Shown one piece after another: positions 7,884 through 14,688 of a stretch of 15,456 nt of DNA. The stretch is from an uncultured Chloroflexia bacterium (GTDB lineage: Bacteria; Chloroflexota; Limnocylindria; Limnocylindrales; CSP1-4). The DNA lies in NCBI GenBank assembly GCA_963833225.1, contig CAWHXD010000018.1, positions 1-15,456 on the forward strand, in the 5' to 3' direction. The number at the start of each line of letters is the position of its first letter. Position 1 is the stretch's first letter. Below the pieces are notes generated by a model. That model was not told the origin of the DNA. It saw only the letters and a program-made list of their open reading frames with translations, and made no database searches. Position numbers and translations under genes: made by a program.

Positions 7884-9611
7884 GTGACCGATCCCACCGT
7901 GCCCGGCGATTCGGTCCCCGCGGTGGCAGGGCCCGATTCCGGAGGGGCAGCCGACGACGCACCCCGAGCGGCGGTGGCCAGCACCAATTCCGAGGCCGCC
8001 GACGACACCCCGCCCGCGGCGGAAGCCGGCAGCGCCCCGCCTGCCGAGCCCGCACGACCCCGCCACCCCTTCTACCTGCGCGGTCGCCGGCCACGGCTTC
8101 CCTCCTCGCGGAGCGGCCTGTTCGCCCTGCTCCTCGTGCTCAGCGGTCTCGGTGCCGTCGCGACCTTCTCGGCCGTGTCGCTGCTCAACTGGACCGAGAC
8201 GGCGGACTTCTGCGGTCGCTGCCACACCATGGCCCCCGAGCTCGCGGCCTACGAGGCCGGCCCGCACCGCGATGTCGCCTGCGCCGAGTGTCATGTCGAA
8301 CCGGGCATCGCGGGCTGGATCAAGGCCAAGCTCAACGGCACGCGGCAGCTGATCGAGGTGGTCCTGGGCACCTTCCCGGAGCCGATCCCGCCACCCGACC
8401 ACTCCCAGCTTCCGGGTGCGGCGGTCACGTGCCAGAAGTGCCATGCGGTCGAGTCCCACCCGGTCACCACGCTCAAGACGGCCACGATGTACGCAGAGGA
8501 CGAGACCAACACCCGGCAGTTCGTGGGGCTCCTGATCCGCCCCAGCGGTGGCGACCCGTTCGACGTCACCAAGAGCGTCCACTGGCACGTCCTGCGCACC
8601 GTCAACTACTGGTCGCCGTACGTCAACGGCGCGCAGATCGATCTCGTCGAAGAGACCGAGGACGACGGCACGGTGAAGCAGTTCATCAGCCAGGCGGAGA
8701 TCACCGACACGTCCAACGTCGCGCCGGACGTGGCCGCCATCCAGGCAACGCAGACGTCGACCACGATGTCGTGCTACGACTGCCACAACCGTGTCGGCCA
8801 TCCGATCCCGAATCCGCGTGCCGGACTCGATCATGACCTCCTGGTCAACGCCATCGACCCCACCCTCCCGTACATCAAGCGCGAAGGGATGCGGATCCTG
8901 TGGGCCTCGTACCCGGACGATGCCGCGGCCGATGCCGCGGCCGACGAGCTGGCCTCCTTCTACGCCATGAACTACCCCGACGTCGCCCAGGCCAAGTCCC
9001 AGCAGATCGGCCAGGCGATCAGCGCGATCAAGGTGCTGTACCGGTTGACGGCCACACCCGAGATGAAGGTCACCGCGAAGACCTACCCCGACAACCTCGG
9101 CCACCTCGACTTCCCCGGCTGCTTCCGGTGCCACGACGGCGGCCACTTCCTGGTCGAGAACGGCGTCGTGACCAACAAGACCATCCCGTCCACCTGCGAC
9201 ACCTGCCACACCTTCCCCCAGATCGGGCCCGCGGTCGCCAGCCTGCCACTGGGTGCGCCACCATCGACGCACGACGACGAGCTGTGGGTGTTCAACCACA
9301 AGAATGTCGCGACGAGCATCGACCCGGGGGGCACCTCGTGCGGCGAGTGCCACGCTCGTGACTACTGCGTCAACTGCCACTCCACCGGGGCCGTGACCGT
9401 CGACCACGACGAGATGGCCACCAACCACGCCAAGGTCATCCGCGCGCAGGGCAACACTGCCTGTGCCTACTGCCACCAGCCGGTGTTCTGCGCGCGCTGC
9501 CACAACGAGCCGGTGCTGCCGGTGACGACGCCCTTCTCGGAGGGGCCAACCACCCAGAACCTGCCCGACCAGCCGTCCGGCGTCAGCTGGCCGCTGACGC
9601 CGAGAGGCTGA
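7884..9611 (+). CDS. NapC/NirT-family membrane-anchored decaheme cytochrome c (ImcH-like quinol dehydrogenase)
   Basis: Likely GTG start at 7884, just after the resA stop. One TM then ETADFCGRCHTM (CxxCHxM, NapC/NrfH heme 1). Ten CxxCH: CGRCH, CAECH, CQKCH, CYDCH, CFRCH, CDTCH, CGECH, CVNCH, CAYCH, CARCH. Confidence 0.9.
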   Translation: MTDPTVPGDSVPAVAGPDSGGAADDAPRAAVASTNSEAADDTPPAAEAGSAPPAEPARPRHPFYLRGRRPRLPSSRSGLFALLLVLSGLGAVATFSAVSLLNWTETADFCGRCHTMAPELAAYEAGPHRDVACAECHVEPGIAGWIKAKLNGTRQLIEVVLGTFPEPIPPPDHSQLPGAAVTCQKCHAVESHPVTTLKTATMYAEDETNTRQFVGLLIRPSGGDPFDVTKSVHWHVLRTVNYWSPYVNGAQIDLVEETEDDGTVKQFISQAEITDTSNVAPDVAAIQATQTSTTMSCYDCHNRVGHPIPNPRAGLDHDLLVNAIDPTLPYIKREGMRILWASYPDDAAADAAADELASFYAMNYPDVAQAKSQQIGQAISAIKVLYRLTATPEMKVTAKTYPDNLGHLDFPGCFRCHDGGHFLVENGVVTNKTIPSTCDTCHTFPQIGPAVASLPLGAPPSTHDDELWVFNHKNVATSIDPGGTSCGECHARDYCVNCHSTGAVTVDHDEMATNHAKVIRAQGNTACAYCHQPVFCARCHNEPVLPVTTPFSEGPTTQNLPDQPSGVSWPLTPRG

Positions 9612-9699
9612 CCTACCGGAGGAGCTGCCGTTTCTCCGCGGGTCCTGACTGACCTTGGCGTCACCATCGGAGGCACGAGACCCGGCACCGATACGCCGA

Positions 9700-9889
9700 T
9701 CGGGCCGGCGGGCTGATCACCCGCTGATCATCCGGGCAAACGCCCCGTACCCGCCGAACGATCGCTCCGCGCGCAAATGTGCCGTTTCTATATCCATCCG
9801 CACATTCCGTCGCCACGGTCGTCGCTCGCACAATGTCGGTCCATCAGGAGGGCTGCGATGGGCCATTGGGCCTGTCGCCGGAGGCTGCG
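9700..9889 (+). promoter_or_regulatory. Probable promoter/operator region of the Rieske-cytb-decaheme operon
   Basis: GCTGATCA direct repeat (9712-9719, 9723-9730), inverted repeat AATGTGC-N17-GCACATT (9776-9806) around an AT-rich core, and -10-like CACAAT at 9829-9834. Confidence 0.4.
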
Positions 9890-10426
9890 ATGGACCACGA
9901 CCCCGCGACCGCGCCCGAGCCAGGGCAGTTGCCGGCGCCGGACGCCGTCACGCCGCTCGGGTCTCCGTCCGGCTCAGCGACTCCCGGTCCCCAAGGGATC
10001 CAGTCCCGGCGACGGTTCCTCGCCTGGCTCGGCGGGTTCACCGTGTTCTCGACGGTCGCGATGATCACGACGCCGATCCTCGGGTTCCTCGTCCCGCCCA
10101 GGACGAGCGGCACGTCCGGTGGCGGGAAGGTCCTGGTCGCCACGACGGCCGACATCCCTCCCGGCGCCGGCAAGGTCGTCGCCCTGGGCAGCAAGCCGGC
10201 GATCGTCGTCAGCACCGAGCAGGGCCTCCACGCATTCTCGGCGATCTGCACCCACCTCGGGTGCGTCGTGGCCTGGAACGACCTGGCCGGCGTCATCCAG
10301 TGCCCGTGCCACGATGGCCGCTTCAACCCCGTCTCAGGCACGGTCGTGTCCGGCCCGCCCCCGGCACCGCTGCCCGCGCTCAAGGTCTCCGTGGAAGGCG
10401 ACCAGATCTTTCTGAGCGAGGCCTGA
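9890..10426 (+). CDS. qcrA: Rieske [2Fe-2S] subunit of a menaquinol:cytochrome c reductase (QcrA/PetC-like)
   Basis: GGAGG (9880-9884) then ATG 9890. Tat-type anchor SRRRFL+TM, box I CTHLGC, box II CPCHDG, GPPPAPL. Confidence 0.92.
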   Translation: MDHDPATAPEPGQLPAPDAVTPLGSPSGSATPGPQGIQSRRRFLAWLGGFTVFSTVAMITTPILGFLVPPRTSGTSGGGKVLVATTADIPPGAGKVVALGSKPAIVVSTEQGLHAFSAICTHLGCVVAWNDLAGVIQCPCHDGRFNPVSGTVVSGPPPAPLPALKVSVEGDQIFLSEA

Positions 10427-10427
10427 G

Positions 10428-11504
10428 ATGGCGGCCGGCGGCACCACCGATCGCGCCGTGGGATCCGGCAGCTGGATCGAGCAACGGACCGGCGTCGGAC
10501 CGGTGATGGCTGCGCTGCTTCACGTCCGGATCCCGATGTCGGCCCGGACGATGTACTTCGGCGGGATCGCCCTGTTCCTGTTCGGCATCCAGGTCGTCAC
10601 GGGCACGTTGCTCGCGCTGTACTACAAGCCCACCCCCGAGGCCGCCTACGAGAGCGTCCAGTTCGTGACCAGCGACGTCAGCTTCGGGTGGCTGATCCGG
10701 AGCATGCACCACTGGGCTGCGAACCTGATGATCCTGTTCGTTGCCCTGCATCTCCTGCGGGTCTTCTTCCAGGCGGCGTACAAGTACCCGCGGGAGCTGA
10801 CCTGGGTCATCGGCGGCGGCCTGCTCCTGGTGACCCTCGGCTTCGGGTTCACCGGATACCTCCTGCCTTGGGACCAGCGGGCGTACTGGGCCACCGTCGT
10901 GGGTACCGACATCGCCGGATCCGTTCCCGTGGTCGGCGACTCGCTCCTCCAGCTGCTGCGCGGCGGTGCGGACGTCACTGGTGACACCATGAGCCGGTTC
11001 TTCGGGATCCACGTGCTGGTGCTGCCGCTCGCCCTGGCCGGTCTCATGGCGATCCACCTGGTGCTGGTCCACCAGCTCGGCCTGGCCAACCCCAAGAAGC
11101 CCGAGCCGCGAGTCCGCCCGGCTGCGGTCGACCGGGAGCCGCTCCGGCCGTTCTTCCCGAACTACCTCCTTGACGAGGTGGTCGCTTGGTACGTCATCCT
11201 CGCGATCCTCGTGGTCCTCGCCTCGGTCTTCCCGGCCGGTTTGGAGGGGCAGGCGAACCCGCTCGAGACACCCGCGCACATCAAGCCCGAGTGGTACTAC
11301 CTCGCGGTCTACCAGCTGCTCAAGATCATCCCGCGCACGATCGCCGTGATGGCCCCGATCATCGGCATCGGCCTGCTCATCGCGTGGCCCTTCCTGGACC
11401 GCAACCCCGAGGTGCTGGCACGACGGCGCAAGCTGGCCGTCGCGGGGGCCACGCTGGTGGTGGTGGGGGTGATCGTCCTGACGGTGTGGGGTTATGTCAG
11501 CTGA
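10428..11504 (+). CDS. qcrB: Cytochrome b subunit (fused b6 + subunit IV type) of the Rieske/cytb complex
   Basis: RSMHHWAANLMILFVALH, GYLLPWDQRAYWATVVG, FFGIH...MAIH, PFFPNY, and Qo motif KPEWY. Confidence 0.95.
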   Translation: MAAGGTTDRAVGSGSWIEQRTGVGPVMAALLHVRIPMSARTMYFGGIALFLFGIQVVTGTLLALYYKPTPEAAYESVQFVTSDVSFGWLIRSMHHWAANLMILFVALHLLRVFFQAAYKYPRELTWVIGGGLLLVTLGFGFTGYLLPWDQRAYWATVVGTDIAGSVPVVGDSLLQLLRGGADVTGDTMSRFFGIHVLVLPLALAGLMAIHLVLVHQLGLANPKKPEPRVRPAAVDREPLRPFFPNYLLDEVVAWYVILAILVVLASVFPAGLEGQANPLETPAHIKPEWYYLAVYQLLKIIPRTIAVMAPIIGIGLLIAWPFLDRNPEVLARRRKLAVAGATLVVVGVIVLTVWGYVS

Positions 11505-13056
11505 GATCCGCCGGCCGATGTTCGGTCGCCGCTCCCCGGCTGCGCGGGGCGTGAGGGCCGCCCTGACCCTCGGCGTGCTCGGCCTCGCGTGGTTCGCGCT
11601 CGCGTTCACGGCGGCCGCCCAGGACCCGAGTGGCTCGCCAGCCGCATCCAGCAGCACCGAGGCCACGCCTTCGCCGAAGGCGACCCCAGCACCGTCCGAT
11701 TTCGACTGGCTGTTCGCGACGCCGCTCCCGACCGCGACCGTCCCGCTCGCATCGGCGCCACCGGTCCCTGCACCGCTCACGCACGCCCCGGCCGATGGCG
11801 CCAACGGATGCTACGACTGCCACAGCGTCGTGAACGACAAGCAGGCGGCGATCGCCGCCGATTGGCAGGACAGCGCCCATGGCCAGGCCGGCGTCACGTG
11901 CGCCGACTGCCATGGGGGAGACCCGCGTTCCGACCAGATCACGGTGGCCATGGACCCGTCGAACGGGTTCGTCGGCGCACCCGACCGCCTGGGGAGCGTC
12001 GGGCTGTGTGGCAGCTGTCACGCGGACGTGAACCGGATGAAGGCCTCCGGTCTGCCGACCGACCAGTACGCGAAATACTGGTCGAGCGTGCACGGACAGC
12101 AGCTGTTGACCGCAGATGACAACCGGGTGGCGATCTGCACGGATTGCCATGGATCTCACACCGTCAAGAAGGTCTCGGACCCGAGCTCCCCGGTGTTCAT
12201 CCTCAACGTCCCGGAGCTGTGCGCCGGCTGCCATGCCGACGCCGATCGGATGGCACCTTACGGCATCCCGACGGACCAGTACGCCATCTACTCCAAGAGC
12301 GTCCACGGCGTCGCGCTGCTCGACAACAAGGACGTCCGGGCACCGAGCTGCGCGTCCTGCCATGGTTCGCATGACGCGAAGCCACCCACGTCCGCAACGG
12401 TGGTCGGCGTGTGCGGCAAGTGCCACACGGCAACCGAGGATCTCTACCAGCAGAGCCGACACTCCGAGCTCCAGGCGGCAGCGCCCCAGTGCTGGACCTG
12501 CCACGGCACCCATGACGTCACGCAGCCGGGCTCCTACATGTTCTTCCACCCGACTCCGCCCGAGTACACGTGCGACACGTGTCACGACCTGCAGACACAC
12601 ACGCTCCGCCTCGAGCTCAGCCGGTTCACGAACGAGGCCGATCGGCGATGTGACACGTGCCATCACCCCGATTCGCAGATCTACGCGCAGATCGACGGGA
12701 TCAGCAACGCCATCACATCGGCAGAGGACGCCTACACCCAAGCCCAGGACACGATCCAGCGCGCGGCGGGGCTGGGCATGATCACGTCCGACGCGGAGGT
12801 GAAGCTGACCGACGCGAAGACGAGCCTCATCCAGGCACAGGCCGCCGTTCACACGACGAAGCTGAGCAAGATCGCGGAGCTGTCGACCGATGCCACGACG
12901 AAGGCCCAGGCGGCCGAGGCGATCGCGACCGGCAAGATCGACGAAAGCGTGTTCCGGCGTGAGGCGATGGTCGTCGTCCTCGCGTTCATCGCGTTCAACG
13001 CGCTGTTCCTGTACGTCCTGAAGCGCCGGCTGGACAGGGACCTCGAGAAGGGCTGA
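11494..13056 (+). CDS. Decaheme cytochrome c with signal peptide and C-terminal membrane anchor (third subunit of the Rieske/cytb complex)
   Basis: Overlaps the cytb stop. Signal peptide ending AAA-QD, P/S/T linker, ten CxxCH (CYDCH, CADCH, CGSCH, CTDCH, CAGCH, CASCH, CGKCH, CWTCH, CDTCH, CDTCH), Ala-rich helical region, C-terminal TM + KRR. Alternative start ATG 11518. Confidence 0.92.
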   Translation: MSAEIRRPMFGRRSPAARGVRAALTLGVLGLAWFALAFTAAAQDPSGSPAASSSTEATPSPKATPAPSDFDWLFATPLPTATVPLASAPPVPAPLTHAPADGANGCYDCHSVVNDKQAAIAADWQDSAHGQAGVTCADCHGGDPRSDQITVAMDPSNGFVGAPDRLGSVGLCGSCHADVNRMKASGLPTDQYAKYWSSVHGQQLLTADDNRVAICTDCHGSHTVKKVSDPSSPVFILNVPELCAGCHADADRMAPYGIPTDQYAIYSKSVHGVALLDNKDVRAPSCASCHGSHDAKPPTSATVVGVCGKCHTATEDLYQQSRHSELQAAAPQCWTCHGTHDVTQPGSYMFFHPTPPEYTCDTCHDLQTHTLRLELSRFTNEADRRCDTCHHPDSQIYAQIDGISNAITSAEDAYTQAQDTIQRAAGLGMITSDAEVKLTDAKTSLIQAQAAVHTTKLSKIAELSTDATTKAQAAEAIATGKIDESVFRREAMVVVLAFIAFNALFLYVLKRRLDRDLEKG

Positions 13057-13073
13057 CGCGGGGGCGCTCAGCC
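13051..13073. terminator. Hairpin spanning the convergent stops of the decaheme gene and fdhD
   Basis: GGCTGA-CGC-gggg-GCG-c-TCAGCC. Confidence 0.35.
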
Positions 13074-13922
13074 GAGCTCGACCGTCACTCGGTCCGGGCG
13101 GGCGTAGACGTTGAACCCGTCGCCTCGCAGGAACCCGATCAGGGTGAGGCCGAGCCGCATGGCGGCCTCGACCGCGAGATCGCTGGGTGCGGAGACGGCG
13201 GCCAGGATCGGAACGCCGGCCACGGCCGCCTTCTGGACGAGCTCGAAGCTCGCCCGACCCGAGACGAGCACGATCCGCTCGTGAAGCGGCAGCGCGGCGG
13301 CCAGCACCTGGCTCCCGATCAGCTTGTCCAGGGCGTTGTGACGGCCAACATCCTCGCGCAGCGCCAGCAGCGTGCCGCGCGGGTCGAACAGCCCGGCCGC
13401 ATGGAGCCCGCCGGTGGCCGCGAACACCGCCTGGGCATCGCGCAGGGAGCCCGGCAGGCCGAGCAGGACGTCCGGCGCCACGAAGGGTCCGTCCGGGATC
13501 GGGTCGCAGCGCACCTCGACCTCGTCGATCGATGCCTTGCCGCAGATCCCGCACGAGGCCGTCGCCACGAAATGGCGCTCCGCGACGCGGGTTGCGTCGA
13601 ACGGGCGGTCGAGGTGGACGGTCACCTGGTCGTCGGGCTGCGCGGCATTGCCGGGCGGGCTGAACGTGATGTCCGAGATCCCCGTGGCGTCGTCGAGCAG
13701 ACCCTCGGTGCGCAGGAAGCCCACCGCGAGCTCCGCCTCGTGACCCGGCGTGCGCATCGTGACGGCGACGTCCACCGGTGCCTGGCCAGGCCCACGGGCG
13801 CGGATGGCCATCGGCTCCTCGCCCGCCAGCCGATCGTCGCGCCCCTCCACGACGCCCGCGCGATATGCAGTCACCCGGGTGAGAGCGGCCTGGCGGGGCG
13901 TCGGGTCGGGCGGGGCAGTCAT
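13068..13922 (-). CDS. fdhD: Formate dehydrogenase accessory sulfurtransferase FdhD
   Basis: EEP, TMRTPG, ELAVGFLRTEG, SCGICGK, TGGLHAA, REDVGRHNALDKLIG, SGRASFELVQKA, SAPSDLA motifs. Confidence 0.96.
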   Translation of the reverse strand: MTAPPDPTPRQAALTRVTAYRAGVVEGRDDRLAGEEPMAIRARGPGQAPVDVAVTMRTPGHEAELAVGFLRTEGLLDDATGISDITFSPPGNAAQPDDQVTVHLDRPFDATRVAERHFVATASCGICGKASIDEVEVRCDPIPDGPFVAPDVLLGLPGSLRDAQAVFAATGGLHAAGLFDPRGTLLALREDVGRHNALDKLIGSQVLAAALPLHERIVLVSGRASFELVQKAAVAGVPILAAVSAPSDLAVEAAMRLGLTLIGFLRGDGFNVYARPDRVTVELG

Positions 13923-13965
13923 GGCGGGATCGTACCCGGCTCACGTCGCGGACCATACTCAGGCC
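13923..13965. promoter_or_regulatory. Back-to-back promoters for probably leaderless fdhD and PPOX transcripts
   Basis: TACGAT on the - strand (13934-13929) and CATACT on the + strand (13954-13959), each exactly 6 nt before its ATG. No SD for either gene. Confidence 0.6.
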
Positions 13966-14460
13966 ATGACCCGCGATCCTCGACCACCGACGGCCGCCGA
14001 ACGTGCGTTCGTGGCCCGCGCGCGACGGGCGACGCTGGCCACCAGCGGCTCGACCGGCCGGCCCCGGCCGGTCCCGGTGTGCTTCGTCCTGCTCGACGAC
14101 GTCCGCCGGCCCGGATGGCCGATCCTCTATTCCCCGATCGACGAGAAGCCCAAGCGGGCGACCGACCCGCTACAGCTGGCGAGGGTCCGGGACCTGCTCG
14201 CCCGACCGGCCGTCGCCCTCCTCGCGGACCACTGGGACGAGGACTGGGGACGGCTCGGCTGGGTTCGCCTCGACGGCCGGGCCGGCATCCTGGCTGCCGA
14301 CGCGGGCGAGGAGCACGCGCGTGCCGTGACCGCCCTGCGCGCCAAGTATCCGCAGTACCGTCAGCACGCCCTTGGCGTCCGGCCGATCATCAGGATCGAG
14401 GTCGATGGGTCGGCGTCGTGGGGCCGCCTCGAACCACCGGCCCTCAGCGAACCTCGCTGA
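13966..14460 (+). CDS. PPOX-class probable F420-dependent oxidoreductase (Rv0121 / TIGR03668-like)
   Basis: ARRATLAT, GRPRPVPVCF, YSPIDEKPK, LARVRDLLARPAVALLADHWDEDWGRLGWVRLDG, LRAKYPQY motifs. ATG 13966. Confidence 0.88.
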   Translation: MTRDPRPPTAAERAFVARARRATLATSGSTGRPRPVPVCFVLLDDVRRPGWPILYSPIDEKPKRATDPLQLARVRDLLARPAVALLADHWDEDWGRLGWVRLDGRAGILAADAGEEHARAVTALRAKYPQYRQHALGVRPIIRIEVDGSASWGRLEPPALSEPR

Positions 14461-14462
14461 GG
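14442..14462. terminator. Perfect 9-bp inverted repeat containing both convergent stop codons
   Basis: CCTCAGCGA-ACC-TCGCTGAGG. Confidence 0.4.
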
Positions 14463-14636
14463 AGCTCCAGCAGGGTCGGGTTGAACCAGTCGGGGGCGCT
14501 CGAGGCTCGGCAGGTGAGCCACGTCGGGCACGTGGATCCGATGGTCGCCGGCCACGCCGGCAATCAGCGCATCGGCCATCGCGCCCAGTGCCGCGGTGTC
14601 GAACCCACCCCGTGGTCGAAAGCGTGGGAGCCTCAC
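14444..14636 (-). pseudogene. C-terminal remnant of an alpha/beta-fold hydrolase, with an internal frameshift
   Basis: GGFDTAALGAMADALIAGVAGDHRIHVPDVAHLPSLERP, then after removing one base of the G5 run (14492-14496) DWFNPTLLELLSEVR*. Catalytic Asp/His region only; no room for the N-terminal part. Confidence 0.7.
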
Positions 14637-14688
14637 CTTGCCGTGCCGGCCGCCCTCAGCACCTTCATGCGACCCGCACCTCGCGCCC

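Noticed and set aside
9733-9780. GGGCAAAC...GCGCAAA resembling a c-di-GMP-I (GEMM) riboswitch
   Set aside because: No GNRA-capped P1 stem between the motifs and no recognisable P2 with tetraloop receptor.
11494-13056. Decaheme as MtrA/DmsE, NrfA or HAO
   Set aside because: No adjacent MtrB porin, no CxxCK motif, and the C-terminal helical stalk plus TM and position after cytb fit a Rieske/cytb partner better.
13068-13922. fdhD as evidence that the cytochrome cluster is formate-driven
   Set aside because: It is convergent, separately promoted, and no formate dehydrogenase subunits are in the window; adjacency alone is insufficient.
11497-13956. 819-aa minus-strand ORF and other long antisense or alternate-frame ORFs (7866..9503, 1555..2952, 10380..11804, 13281..14783)
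   Set aside because: Arg/Gly/Pro-rich shadow frames of well-supported genes, expected at high GC, with no family motifs.
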